Virus record (IMG/VR): IMGVR_UViG_3300045993_000394
Source: an uncultured virus (IMG/VR IMGVR_UViG_3300045993_000394)
Lineage: Duplodnaviria > Heunggongvirae > Uroviricota > Caudoviricetes
DNA: 63,700 bases
Strand: one strand, 5' to 3'
The notes under the pieces were generated by a model, which saw nothing but the letters and a program-made list of their open reading frames with translations, was not told the origin of the DNA and did not search any database. Position 1 is the stretch's first letter. Each line of letters opens with the position of its first letter. Both the position numbers and the translations under genes were made by a program. Positions 16,235 to 26,130 of this stretch are shown here, piece after piece.

Positions 16235-17064
16235 TAGATCTCCACCGTTTTGGTTTGCAGTTCCAGGAAGTCGTACGAGATTTCTGCCTTCTTCCCAGGC
16301 TCGTTGATAATGCTCAAGCTCCTGATGTCGAGCTTCTCCATGAGGAAACGGACCCGCCTGCAGCAGACTTCAAATTCCTTCTGCGGGTCCAACGCCTTTT
16401 GTGTGACCATGGCATCATGGAAGTTATTGCCTGGAGGCGCAGTGGTAACAGTCTCAACCGGAGCCTTCGACTCCACCCGCGTACCGCGCTCTTCCATCTT
16501 CTCCTGCGGCTTCGCCTCCACTGGGACCGGAGCCGACTTGCTCAGCGGCGTCCCGTGGTCGGTCTTGACTTCGCTCCGAAGCAGCTTCTCTGCGATGTCT
16601 GCCTTCTTTGCTGCTTCCTTCATCGCAGCGAGCCGCTTCTTCGACATACGTGGTTTGATCTTGGACAGACTCTCAATAATTGAGTTGTACTGTTCTTGCG
16701 TGAAACTGTACACTTCACCCTTGCCTGGGTGCTTAATGCTTTTCATGCTCTTGAACGCCGCGTGCACCGTACCGTAGCTCAGCCCAGTGGCCTTAAGCAC
16801 GTCGCTCATGCCATATCTGTCCTTCTTTGGCAAATGCGTCTTAAGCGTTTCAACCATTTTCATTTCTGTGTTACTCAGGCCAGCGTACGAATGTGGCTTG
16901 ATTTTTGTCGCCTCCAACATGATAATGGCGATTGTGTCGTCGTCCAGGTTGTAGTTGCAGTTCTTGCCAACCTGTGGAATGTTGAGCTTACGGAATACAT
17001 TGCTCATGGAGCTTGGTGAAATGCCAGCTTTTCTTGCAAGTTCACTGAGATATACCTTTGTCAT
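16234..17064 (-). CDS. Putative multi-HTH DNA-binding protein
   Basis: LSELARKAGISPSSMS and MSDVLKATGLSYGTV HTH-like segments; GAGG SD. Confidence 0.65.
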   Translation of the reverse strand: MTKVYLSELARKAGISPSSMSNVFRKLNIPQVGKNCNYNLDDDTIAIIMLEATKIKPHSYAGLSNTEMKMVETLKTHLPKKDRYGMSDVLKATGLSYGTVHAAFKSMKSIKHPGKGEVYSFTQEQYNSIIESLSKIKPRMSKKRLAAMKEAAKKADIAEKLLRSEVKTDHGTPLSKSAPVPVEAKPQEKMEERGTRVESKAPVETVTTAPPGNNFHDAMVTQKALDPQKEFEVCCRRVRFLMEKLDIRSLSIINEPGKKAEISYDFLELQTKTVEI

Positions 17065-17137
17065 GTGTGATTTCCTCTTTGCCGTAAAATACGGCGCTTT
17101 GCTGCTTTGATGCATTGGTCGGCGGAACACAGCCTAT

Positions 17138-17178
17138 TAATACCCCGGTGGAAGCTAAACTAGCGCTTGCCGGGGCAC
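17138..17178 (-). promoter_or_regulatory. CCCCGG-hairpin + TAT element, copy 1
   Basis: Minus: GTGCCCCGGCAAGCGCTAGTTTAGCTTCCACCGGGGTATTAA; near-identical to copy at 22121. Confidence 0.6.
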
Positions 17179-17287
17179 TACAACCACTCTATCTACTCTA
17201 ACAACTAAAACTTACCCCGCCTGCCAAGATAAAATCCAATGACCATGCCGATCCACACTAACATGAACACTTCAAGAAAATGTCCCA

Positions 17288-17677
17288 TCAGCCTTCGCTC
17301 CCAAACAAGCCCATCTCCATCATGTACGTCTGTCTGTCATCCAGTTCCATGCGCGAAATGCCTTCAACATGGTCACGGTAATTCAGAATCTCTGGCGTCT
17401 GCATACACAGGTTGTCCCACTGGACGACTTCTTCAACGTTCTTGCCACGGCACGTTTGGCACTGTACTCCGTAAATGCCGTCGCCACCCTTCATGTACTC
17501 TTCGAAGAAGTCTGGATCCTCATCAAGCTCTTCACGCGTGTAAGCGTGCGTCCTGATGCTCTCAGTCAGGACACTACCGCGTCCGCTGCAGTCTGAGCAC
17601 ACCTCCATCTTGGTGAGAATCTTGACATTCTTGAATTCGCCGTCTACTTCGTACTCGATCTCTTTCCAGGTGTTCAT
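17288..17677 (-). CDS. DnaJ-type CxxCxGxG zinc-finger protein
   Basis: CSDCSGRG and CQTCRGKN. Confidence 0.75.
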   Translation of the reverse strand: MNTWKEIEYEVDGEFKNVKILTKMEVCSDCSGRGSVLTESIRTHAYTREELDEDPDFFEEYMKGGDGIYGVQCQTCRGKNVEEVVQWDNLCMQTPEILNYRDHVEGISRMELDDRQTYMMEMGLFGSEG

Positions 17678-17879
17678 TTGCTTCACCGTTTGCAGAAGAT
17701 ACAATCATACCCGAGTTCGGTCGGACTACCGCACTTGTCGCATGGGACGATTTCACCAGCCTGCGATAAAAGCAATTTCATCATTCTGAACCAATATTCA
17801 AATCCATTCTTGTCGATTTTCTCCGTTGTGTTCTTGTGTCTGTTGCAGACCTTCCTGTTAACACTGCAATCCTTGCATG

Positions 17880-18119
17880 TCATGTTTTCACCTCGTCGTA
17901 TCCTCTGTTGTGCACCTTCTGCTTGAGCAGCCGATCAACTTCATTGTCGGCTTCCCACTTGGTGTTGAATTCAGAAGTCAAAGTCTGGCCTGATGTCCCA
18001 ATGCGGCCCCACCTGCGAAGTACGAAGAACGTCCTGCCTTCGTTTACTTCAACAGAGGTCATTTCAACTTCCCAAAACTTGTTGTGCGGTGGTGTCTTGT
18101 TTTCGAATCTTCGTTTCAT
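17880..18119 (-). CDS. Stand-alone WGR domain protein
   Basis: NKFWEVEM...VLRRWGRIGTSGQ...KVHNRGY; GGAGG SD. Confidence 0.85.
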   Translation of the reverse strand: MKRRFENKTPPHNKFWEVEMTSVEVNEGRTFFVLRRWGRIGTSGQTLTSEFNTKWEADNEVDRLLKQKVHNRGYDEVKT

Positions 18120-18657
18120 GTTTACCTCCAGCCTGATTGCTCTGGGCTGGAGACGACCACATTGTCTCCAGGTACAGAATAATCAAACCTTGATGCAAAA
18201 TTCAAACAAAGGCGTTGTGTAGCATGGTCTGTTGTCAAACTTTGCTGCAAACACAAGAGCTATGAACGCTACGTGCGCGATCATCAACGCAGCAAAAGCC
18301 AGCGTCCAGCCGATAGACATTTGCCTAGGCATCGTCGTTACGATCCCTGAATCGGCGTTCAGCCTCGCTGATATCCAGCCACCTGGACGGGTCGTTGTCT
18401 CTGTATCGACCCAGTGTATACCAAGCTAGACAAGCCCAAGTTGTCGTTACCACAAGAATGCCGAAGAATTCACCGAAGTGCATGTGGACCTCCTATAAAA
18501 TAATGCCAGTGACGGGTGACTACTGGCAGAGTCATGTTGGTCTTATAACAGTGCGCGCCAGACAGCTATATTATAGTATTGATGGCGTGATGTATCCAAC
18601 TTCGCATAACCCTGTGACCCATCCTACGTGCTTTGCAGGCAAGTAGACTACGACAGG

Positions 18658-18843
18658 TCAGTTCTTGACTGAGTGTGTCTTCCAGGCCACTTCAGCCTTC
18701 GTCATTGCTGCAAAAAACGAATTCTCACGTCCGGAAATGATGATCTGCTCGTTCTTGACTAACTTCCATTCATACACTCCGGACTTGTGCCGGTCAACCA
18801 GGACCACTTCCTCATCGACGGGCACAGAAATTCCCCAGGCCAT
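18658..18843 (-). CDS. Hypothetical protein
   Basis: GGAGG SD before MAWGISVP. Confidence 0.6.
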   Translation of the reverse strand: MAWGISVPVDEEVVLVDRHKSGVYEWKLVKNEQIIISGRENSFFAAMTKAEVAWKTHSVKN

Positions 18844-19008
18844 GTTACCTCCGGTAGAAGATGATGAATGCGAAGTCGTTGTTGCGGTCAACCGGAACGA
18901 CAACAACTTTTGCATCCAGCGCGACCTCCATGCCGCCAGTGCGCTCAAGCTCAGTCAGAAACTTGCACACTTCCTGCTGCGTGTCTACGTGCTTCGATTC
19001 CCAGCGCA

Positions 19009-19221
19009 TTATTTCATTCCTTTCAGTTGCACGATGTGCTTCTCTAGCAGACGAGCAAGCTCATCGTCTTCGATGTAAAACAGATCCATCACACGATCGT
19101 CGCCCTCTGACGCGTTGATCAGAATCTGCCCAAGGCGTAGGTCTGGAAAGTTCGTCTTGATGGCAAAGATGGCGTTGCTGATGCGTGTTGCGTGCTTCAT
19201 GCTTCGAGATTCCATTGTCAT
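19009..19221 (-). CDS. Small phage protein (PDLRLGQ...DLFYIED family)
   Basis: Motif common in phage small proteins; weak paralog at 21172-21414. Confidence 0.7.
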   Translation of the reverse strand: MTMESRSMKHATRISNAIFAIKTNFPDLRLGQILINASEGDDRVMDLFYIEDDELARLLEKHIVQLKGMK

Positions 19222-19577
19222 TTTCTCTCCTCTCCGCTCAGGGCGGCGCGGGCCTTCTCCAGAACAGCCGCAACTCCCGCGTCCGCGTCCATGCGGGCCA
19301 ACTTCTCCCAGGCTGCAACGGCGAGGACATCACGCAGCGCCGCCTCCAGCGCCTTCACCCGCTCACGCAACTGCATGGCGGTAAGTTCATGCACGCACAG
19401 GTCGCATCCGATCTGGTTCACGGCTGATCTCCGCGCAGGGCGGCGTCGATTGCGGTCACCGCTGGCTTCCAGAAGTTTAAGTTCCATTTTATTTCCTGAG
19501 ATAGAAGTTGCACCTGTCCATGAAGGCCCAAATGAGAAGAAGAGCAAAGATAGCTGCATCTATTTTATCTGTGTAGC

Positions 19578-19952
19578 TCATTTCTTCTTTCCAGGAAGAG
19601 GTCCATGAGGTCCGTTGTAATCTCCTTCAATTGGATCGCAAGTGAAGGGATCAAAGTCGTTAGAAGTAGGAATAGACTTACTCCATTCCAAAGCAGTGAT
19701 ACCAAGAGCCTTACATCCAGCATCAAGAGCAATAGCAGAAGCTTTATCAACACCCTTGCGACCTTTAGGTTCTGATACTTCAAACATACAAAGGCGCAAA
19801 GCTGATTGGAGTTGTTCTCGTTCTTCAGCGCCAGTGTTACAAATATCGGCGCATAGAGATACACACTCATCACAAATGAATGTGTATATTCCTGCAATTA
19901 GAACTTTAACTTCATTCATCTTCTTACCGCAGACTTTACATATATCGCTCAC
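19578..19952 (-). CDS. ClpX C4-type zinc-finger domain protein
   Basis: [31 protein letters not shown] closely follows the ClpX N-terminal zinc-binding consensus; no ATPase domain. Confidence 0.85.
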   Translation of the reverse strand: MSDICKVCGKKMNEVKVLIAGIYTFICDECVSLCADICNTGAEEREQLQSALRLCMFEVSEPKGRKGVDKASAIALDAGCKALGITALEWSKSIPTSNDFDPFTCDPIEGDYNGPHGPLPGKKK

Positions 19953-20335
19953 GGCTTCTTCTCCTCTCCACGCAATGCTGCGCGGGCTTGTTCAAGATCT
20001 TCTTCAGACCAGCTAAATGCAGCCAACTTCGCTACCAGTTCCCGCAGTGCTTCCTCCAGCCGGGAGGCGCGGGTCTCTGCGGCATCGAGCTTGGTCTCCA
20101 GCGGCACCAACTGGCGGTCCCGGTCCTCGGCAAGCCACTTGGCGTCGTCGATCCCGACCAGCAGGTCTGTCACGCGAGCCTCAAGCGCCTCGGCCCGTGC
20201 CTTCTGACGCTCGTAGCCGAGACGGTAGCAAGCCCTTATGCCATCGTCTGTGACTAGACTCAGGCAGTAATCTTCTGTCCACTGGCTGGTATGGACAGGC
20301 TCGGGCTTCCCACAGACTTCGCACGTGTCACGCAT
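19949..20335 (-). CDS. Hypothetical coiled-coil protein with ARAALRGEE tail
   Basis: CEVCG N-terminus; LEEALREL...[10 protein letters not shown]. Confidence 0.65.
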   Translation of the reverse strand: MRDTCEVCGKPEPVHTSQWTEDYCLSLVTDDGIRACYRLGYERQKARAEALEARVTDLLVGIDDAKWLAEDRDRQLVPLETKLDAAETRASRLEEALRELVAKLAAFSWSEEDLEQARAALRGEEKKP

Positions 20336-20603
20336 GGCTGTCTTTCCACGGTTTGCAGCACGACAGGTCGCAGTTGTCGCCGCTGTACAGGAACCATTCA
20401 CCTTTGTACAAGCAGACATACAGGAACGAATGCTCTTCAGTCACCGACTTGGTGACAAAACTCAATTCGCCACCGATGTTGACAGTGCCGATGCATTTGT
20501 GATCATGCAGCTTGCCTGGACCAAGGTACACTCCAAGGTCGCCGTCTTCGTCCATGAACTTGAAGCCGACCTCTTGCTTGAACCACTCAGGAAATGCTGA
20601 CAT
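20328..20603 (-). CDS. Hypothetical protein
   Basis: GGAGG SD; coupled ORF. Confidence 0.6.
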   Translation of the reverse strand: MSAFPEWFKQEVGFKFMDEDGDLGVYLGPGKLHDHKCIGTVNIGGELSFVTKSVTEEHSFLYVCLYKGEWFLYSGDNCDLSCCKPWKDSHA

Positions 20604-21081
20604 CGGTGCCCTCCCTCTGTGCTTTGTTCAGTTTTAGTTCCAGCAGTTCGCACGTCTCTTGGATCTGACGCAGTGCAGCAAGTGCAGCGTCGAATGCTTC
20701 TTCGTCGTCGACTGTGTTCACGTCGCGCTCCACGATTCGAAGAACGTAGTCCTTGTAGCTGAAGAAGTAATCGCCATTCCTGAACTTTGTTAATACATCC
20801 ATCACAAGCTTTTTCACTTTAGCTCCTGTCTTGTGCCCGTTTGAACAAACGCTGGTTGGAGGCTTGGCACGTGGCCGACAGCCAGTTGTAGTAGAATCCA
20901 TTCCACTTGATGCCTGAAACCGGGTCTTCGATCCAGACACGACCCAAATACACGTCGATCTTTAGCGCGTTGTCTGTTTTGCATGCCATCTGCGCCAATG
21001 CAGTCAGAGCCAGTTCGTTTGCCATGTTGCCTCCTTGTTGGTTTAACGACGTACCGCGACTACATTCGGTCCATTGTTAAA

Positions 21082-21164
21082 CCAGACACCACCCAAGCCC
21101 ACGCCTCATAACGTCAATGACGTGCTATAGCGTGCTTGACTGAAATAGTTTGGGTGGTGTCCGG
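21082..21164 (-). ncRNA. Candidate structured intergenic RNA
   Basis: Minus CCGGACACCACCCAA pairs with TTGGGTGGTGTCTGG (one G-U); internal CACGC/GCGTG and ACGTCA/TGACGT. Confidence 0.4.
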
Positions 21165-21171
21165 AAGCTAG

Positions 21172-21414
21172 CTACTCGTCATCGTCTTCGTCATCCAATG
21201 GCTCTTCATCAGGTGCGAGATCGTATTCTTTCATGTTGTTGATGTACCATTCCAACATGTCCGCAAGTTCCTTGTCCTTGTAGAACACAGGAGAGAAGTA
21301 CTTGCCTTCATGGCTTCTCCCTGCGCGACCGATGATCTGATTCACCCACATTTCTGGGTGCTTGTTCTTGATGGCGATCAGGGCGGCGCATACGCGCTCG
21401 GTGTCCGATGGCAT
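21172..21414 (-). CDS. Small phage protein, paralog of 19009-19221
   Basis: IKNKHPEMWVNQII...FYKDKELADMLE versus IKTNFPDLRLGQIL...FYIEDDELARLLE. Confidence 0.65.
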   Translation of the reverse strand: MPSDTERVCAALIAIKNKHPEMWVNQIIGRAGRSHEGKYFSPVFYKDKELADMLEWYINNMKEYDLAPDEEPLDDEDDDE

Positions 21415-21653
21415 TACTCATCCCATCCCATCTTGATGCGGAAGTCTTCGACGTCACCCGCGTCCATCTCTTCCTGCGGTGCGTCGCCGTCGAAACTGTT
21501 GCCGAGTTCGACGTACGCGCTGTCTTCCTTGTTCGATGTTGATTCGATGACGTAATTTCCGTCACCTTCTGTCCAGTACATCTTGGTCCCGTCATCGAAG
21601 TGGTAAATGCCTGAGACATCATCGGGGTGCACGACAACTTTGACGATTTTCAC
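21414..21653 (-). CDS. Acidic hypothetical protein
   Basis: GGAGG SD; coupled ORF. Confidence 0.6.
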   Translation of the reverse strand: MKIVKVVVHPDDVSGIYHFDDGTKMYWTEGDGNYVIESTSNKEDSAYVELGNSFDGDAPQEEMDAGDVEDFRIKMGWDE

Positions 21654-21916
21654 TTTGTTGCCTCCGTCACAGCTTCCTCTGCCGTCAGGTCACCACCTGA
21701 GCAGTCTGGCTCCTCCAGCGGCAGGTCCTGGTAGTAGAAATTGTCGTTCTGGTCTGACGCACCGCGCCAGATGGCCGTCTGCCTGTCTCCAAGGTCGATG
21801 ACGACAGCATGCTTCGCATTTTCATTCAGGTACTTGATGACGAATTCACGATCGTAGATCTGGAACGTGACGATTTCTCCCATGTCCAGGTCGTTTGTCA
21901 GTGCAGCTTTCAGCAT
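21650..21916 (-). CDS. Acidic hypothetical protein
   Basis: GGAG SD; coupled ORF. Confidence 0.6.
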   Translation of the reverse strand: MLKAALTNDLDMGEIVTFQIYDREFVIKYLNENAKHAVVIDLGDRQTAIWRGASDQNDNFYYQDLPLEEPDCSGGDLTAEEAVTEATK

Positions 21917-22120
21917 GTTATCTCCAGATCCAGAGTCCGCGTGCGCAGTATTTGCAGCTTGCGTACTGCGGGTTTGTCGCAGACCCTTGGATTGTGATTG
22001 TGGAGTGATCAGCCTTCATTCCACAGTGTGGACACTTTTCCATCCTGCATTTGTGCTCAACTTCGTTCCAGCACTCACCAAATTCACGTACTGCTACTTT
22101 GATGGGCATCTCGACCTCCT

Positions 22121-22160
22121 TTATACCCCGGTGGAAGCTAAATTAGCGCTTGCCGGGGCC
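22121..22160 (-). promoter_or_regulatory. CCCCGG-hairpin + TAT element, copy 2
   Basis: Minus: GCCCCGGCAAGCGCTAATTTAGCTTCCACCGGGGTATAAGGAGG then ATG at 22109. Confidence 0.6.
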
Positions 22161-22371
22161 TTCCATGACTCTAATCACTAACCACTAGTTTACGGCTTCC
22201 TGCGCATCCACTTTCTTGCTGTATGCTTCCAGCTGAGCGAGGCACTCGTCAAGCAGGATCTTGTTGGTCAAGTAAAGGCCAACAATGTCGATGAGACGAG
22301 CCGTGTCTGGCTGGTTCGACACCGCCAGCAGACCGTGGAACAACTTCAGTACCTCACGCTTCTTGCTCACG

Positions 22372-22620
22372 TTACTTCTCCTCTCCACGCAATGCTGCAC
22401 TGGCATCATCACGCAGCTGGATCTCGGCATCGGTAAGGTCGAATAGATGCCAAGACACGCCGTCCAACAGTTCCCGCAGCGCCTCCTCCAGTTGCGCAAT
22501 GCGGCTGCTTAAGGCGCTGATTCCACAGTTGGAGCATCCGCAGTGATCATGTTCCTTTGTGAGATTGCAGTGCTGATCAAAATCTTTGCAATGCTCACAA
22601 TCTGTGAACTCAGTGCTCAT
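22372..22620 (-). CDS. Cys-rich hypothetical protein with AALRGEE tail
   Basis: CEHC...[15 protein letters not shown]...AALRGEEK. Confidence 0.6.
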   Translation of the reverse strand: MSTEFTDCEHCKDFDQHCNLTKEHDHCGCSNCGISALSSRIAQLEEALRELLDGVSWHLFDLTDAEIQLRDDASAALRGEEK

Positions 22621-22886
22621 GCCCCCATCCATTCTTCCGTGTGGAACGTATGTTCGTACTCCCACGAGTCAAAACCACCGTACGTGTGAAACGCTCTCCC
22701 GTCTGGGTGAATCGTGATGTCGGCGTCGCGGTAGTCGAAGACGACCCGACCATCGGGCATGCAGCAGGCGTACGTGTAGTGGTTCGGGAGTTTGTATTTC
22801 TCCCTCAATTCTTGTATCTTCTTGATAGACGGTCCGGTTGGCTCCCATGTATCGAGCATGGCAGCCAGATTTTTGTCTTCAGGCAT
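22617..22886 (-). CDS. Hypothetical protein
   Basis: GGAG SD; coupled ORF. Confidence 0.6.
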   Translation of the reverse strand: MPEDKNLAAMLDTWEPTGPSIKKIQELREKYKLPNHYTYACCMPDGRVVFDYRDADITIHPDGRAFHTYGGFDSWEYEHTFHTEEWMGA

Positions 22887-22889
22887 GTC

Positions 22890-23579
22890 TCACTCCAGCC
22901 CCTGCGGGCGCGGTTCGTACGCCATCTGTGCCTCCACGTACACGATCTTCGGCATGCGCTGGTGGTCGCCGTCCCAGATGCCGCAGGACAGCCTGTTGCC
23001 GTGGACGCACCCAGTGTCGAGCCCCACTGTGTTGTGCGTGATCTCCACCAGCTTGCGCGGGTGGTGTCCGTACACCACCAGCTGCTCGCCTTCGTACTTC
23101 TCCGTCCAGAAGACTGTCCCTGGCGGCTGCTCCAGGGAGCCTTCTGCCATGGGCGTGAACTTGCCCGTCTCGTCCACGTACCGCAGGTGCTGCTCCTTGC
23201 CCTCCATCGGTCCTCCGTGGACCACCAGGATCTTCCCGCCGAAGAGTTCCAGGCGGACCGGCATGTTCACCAGCCACTTCTTCGCCTTGTCTGACAGCGC
23301 GTTGAGCAGGGCGATGTTGTCGGCCTTGGGCTGCATTCGGTTTTTGCCCTTGGCCTCCGCCTGCAGCCACCGGATGAACCAGCTGTCGTGGTTGCCCTGG
23401 ACGCAGGAAGCGTTCTCCTGCGCCAAGTACTCGACCACGCCGATCTGGTCCGGTCCCTTGTCGAACAGGTCCCCGACGCTCACGAGGTGGTCGGTCCCCG
23501 GCACGTATTGCGCCTTGTCCAGCAGGGCCTTGAGTTCCACCAAGCATCCGTGGACGTCTCCAACGATGATCGTCTTCAC
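22890..23579 (-). CDS. Calcineurin-like metallophosphoesterase (Ser/Thr phosphatase / ApaH-PrpE-like)
   Basis: GDVHG, GDLFDKG, GNHD, VHGG, YGH, LDTG; GGAGG SD before GTG. Confidence 0.93.
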   Translation of the reverse strand: MKTIIVGDVHGCLVELKALLDKAQYVPGTDHLVSVGDLFDKGPDQIGVVEYLAQENASCVQGNHDSWFIRWLQAEAKGKNRMQPKADNIALLNALSDKAKKWLVNMPVRLELFGGKILVVHGGPMEGKEQHLRYVDETGKFTPMAEGSLEQPPGTVFWTEKYEGEQLVVYGHHPRKLVEITHNTVGLDTGCVHGNRLSCGIWDGDHQRMPKIVYVEAQMAYEPRPQGLE

Positions 23580-23671
23580 TTTACTGCCTCCAAATGGTCT
23601 TGTATAGGGTGACCAGCCCACTTACCCAGAACCGGACTAGATGTCCGGTCTGGGGCCTTACCACTACATAC

Positions 23672-24034
23672 TTACTTCGTCAGTTCGGCCAGCTGCGCCT
23701 GGAGCTGCGCCTGGAGCTCCACCTTCTGCTCGGCGGTCAGCACCTTGGGGGCGAGCGGCTCGATGGAGATCTGGCAGACCTTGCCGTGGACGGCGAAGAT
23801 CGCCGCCTTGTCCTCGGCGTTCTTCCCCTTGAAGCCGCTCCCGCCGGTCTGCTGGACAACCTGCACCGCCTTCCCGTCCAGGTAGACCGTCCCGCTCTCG
23901 CCCGCCGGGATGGACTGCAGGTACGTGCCGACGAACGTCGGCACCGCCTTCCCGCGCTTCGACGTCGGCCACAGGACGTAGTGGTCCGACGAGGTGAAGG
24001 AAGCGGACTCGGTGGTGTTGATGGTGTTGGACAT
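23672..24034 (-). CDS. Hypothetical protein
   Basis: AAGGAG SD; GC3-biased. Confidence 0.7.
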   Translation of the reverse strand: MSNTINTTESASFTSSDHYVLWPTSKRGKAVPTFVGTYLQSIPAGESGTVYLDGKAVQVVQQTGGSGFKGKNAEDKAAIFAVHGKVCQISIEPLAPKVLTAEQKVELQAQLQAQLAELTK

Positions 24035-24130
24035 GTGTTTCTCCTTGGTGCACGTCACCGACAGGCGAAATGCCTGTACCTCGGGCGTGTCCCGGTAATG
24101 CAACTACTGGCAATGCGTACGACTTTTAAG

Positions 24131-24169
24131 CTCATACCCCGGTGGAGGCTAGACTGCACCTGCCGGGGC
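24131..24169 (-). promoter_or_regulatory. CCCCGG-hairpin + TAT element, copy 3
   Basis: Minus: GCCCCGGCAGGTGCAGTCTAGCCTCCACCGGGGTATGAG. Confidence 0.6.
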
Positions 24170-24175
24170 GTAATA

Positions 24176-25180
24176 CTAGATGCTTACGAGCGTCTGCATG
24201 ATCCGCTGCATGGTGCCGTTCTTGCGGCACACTATGTCCTCCATCTGCTTCTTCAAGTCGGAGATGGTCCGCTCCAGCACCTTCCGGACTGCTGGCGACT
24301 CGTTGCGCAAGCCATAGCTCAGTTCCTTGATGACGTCGGACATCCCGACGCGCTCTTCTTCGAGCCTCTCCAGTTCCGTCCAGAACGGCTTGATGGAGAG
24401 CGGCACCGAGTCGCGGTCCATCCCATCGATGATCTGCTCGCGGATGGCGATGGCCGCGCTCTCCAGGAAGGTGTCTTCCCGTGAGCCGTAGTTGATGAAC
24501 GTGCAGGCCCACGCGAACATCTCCAGCTTGGCCAGCGGCACCATCTTCGGTTTCTGCATCACGACCTCGCGCAGCTTCTGCTCCGAAACCGCCGTCTCGT
24601 GCTTTTCCACCAGACCGGAGATCTGTTCGTGCAGGCTCTTCACGACGTGGTACCCAGGGCACGTCTCCGACGACATCTCGTTGTCGTTGTCGCAGATGAA
24701 ATCCTTGTCGTCGGGCACCACGTAGCAGTCGGGGCACGCGCCCGGCTTCGGCTTTCCCTTGGGCTTCGGGATGCCCAGGTGCTTGCAGCAGTCGGTCAAC
24801 CACTTTTGGAAGTGCTCCGACGACCAGCAGTAGTCGCCCTCCCAATCGTGGTTGGCGAAGTACTTCTCCGCCTCGTCACGCGAGTCGAACCACTGCACCC
24901 GGTTGTAGAGAGAGGTGAAGAGTTCCATCACCTCCTCGTTGGTGTCGCACGCCTGCATCGCATCACAGCCGGAGCAGGAGCCCCAGCCGTACTTGATGTA
25001 GCCGAGTTTGCCGCCGTCGTCCTCCAGCAGGACCCAGGTGTCGCCCTGGTAGTCGTCCGAGGAGTGCTCCACGATCGACTTGCCCATGATGCCGGTGAGC
25101 GCCGAATAGCTCCGGATCGTGTACTTGCTCTTGGCCATCAGCGCCAACAGCGCGTCCGTTGCTTCCTTCATCGTCTTCAT
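24176..25180 (-). CDS. Hypothetical phage protein with YGWGSCSGCD motif
   Basis: DYQGD...YGWGSCSGCD; 334 aa; GAAAGG SD. Confidence 0.8.
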   Translation of the reverse strand: MKTMKEATDALLALMAKSKYTIRSYSALTGIMGKSIVEHSSDDYQGDTWVLLEDDGGKLGYIKYGWGSCSGCDAMQACDTNEEVMELFTSLYNRVQWFDSRDEAEKYFANHDWEGDYCWSSEHFQKWLTDCCKHLGIPKPKGKPKPGACPDCYVVPDDKDFICDNDNEMSSETCPGYHVVKSLHEQISGLVEKHETAVSEQKLREVVMQKPKMVPLAKLEMFAWACTFINYGSREDTFLESAAIAIREQIIDGMDRDSVPLSIKPFWTELERLEEERVGMSDVIKELSYGLRNESPAVRKVLERTISDLKKQMEDIVCRKNGTMQRIMQTLVSI

Positions 25181-25213
25181 TGTAAACCTTTCTGGGTCTG
25201 CTTAGTACCAGCC

Positions 25214-25252
25214 CTCATACCCCGGTCTGGGCTTCCTGCGCCCAGCCGGGGT
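25214..25252 (-). promoter_or_regulatory. CCCCGG-hairpin + TAT element, copy 4
   Basis: Minus: ACCCCGGCTGGGCGCAGGAAGCCCAGACCGGGGTATGAG. Confidence 0.55.
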
Positions 25253-25430
25253 CGTTCATATTTCTAGTGCGTCTGCACCTTCTTCAGCAACTCCTCGCAT
25301 CCCTCCTCGATGGAGATGAAGCGGAGAGCAACAGCCACCACGATGTCACCGATCTCGTGGTCGTCCATCACACACATCTCAGCTGCCGTGTCGGCCAGCT
25401 GGACGAGCAACTCCGCCGTGGGTTCGGGCC

Positions 25431-25691
25431 TCACTTCTGCCCGCCCACGCGCTTGAAGTTCACCCGCGTCCAGCCCTCGATGCACCTCTCGCCGTCCTGG
25501 ACGTAGGTCAGGGCGATGACCTCCTCCCAGAGGACGCCTTTCACGAAGTATTGAGCCGCCGTGATGTGGGGCTCTTCGTGGAGCGACGTCTCGTAGGCCA
25601 CCGGGATTTCGCTCAGCTGCTGCGGCACTCCGAAGGCGGTCGTGCCCTCGATGACCAACTGCGCGAACGACTTCGTGTTCTTCTTTGCCAT
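25431..25691 (-). CDS. Hypothetical protein
   Basis: AAGGAG SD before MAKKNTK. Confidence 0.65.
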   Translation of the reverse strand: MAKKNTKSFAQLVIEGTTAFGVPQQLSEIPVAYETSLHEEPHITAAQYFVKGVLWEEVIALTYVQDGERCIEGWTRVNFKRVGGQK

Positions 25692-25772
25692 GGTGCGATC
25701 TCCTTTATGACGCCGGTCATCCGGTCGTCTCATACCGCAGAGCCAGCTAGATTGCGCTGGTTGCGGCACTGC

Positions 25773-26099
25773 CTACTGCGAGAGCATCGAGATGTGGGTC
25801 AGGTTCGCCCGCGCCATCTTCTCGATCTCGCGCATCTCGTTGGACATCGACTCGTGCGAGTATCCCTCGCCCAACCGGGCGAGCAGGTGTGCCGCCCTGC
25901 TGCTGTAGTACGCCCCCATCTTAGTGCTCCAGAGCATCCGCGTCAGGTTCTTGACCGAGCGCGGGTGGTCGCACGACCATTCGTACGTCATCTCGGCCAC
26001 CGTCTGGCCGATGCCCGTAACGTACTGTCCCATCTTGATGAAGTCCACGATGTGCAGTGGCTTCATGTCGATGAATTCGTCCGAAACAACGATCTGCAT
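25773..26099 (-). CDS. Hypothetical protein
   Basis: AGGAGG SD before MQIVVSD. Confidence 0.7.
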   Translation of the reverse strand: MQIVVSDEFIDMKPLHIVDFIKMGQYVTGIGQTVAEMTYEWSCDHPRSVKNLTRMLWSTKMGAYYSSRAAHLLARLGEGYSHESMSNEMREIEKMARANLTHISMLSQ

Positions 26100-26130
26100 G
26101 TGACACCTCCTGCCGACCGCCATGGTCGGT

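Noticed and set aside
18570..18599. Sigma70 promoter TTGGAT-N18-TATAAT on the minus strand
   Set aside because: Single instance with a weak -35; insufficient without TSS data
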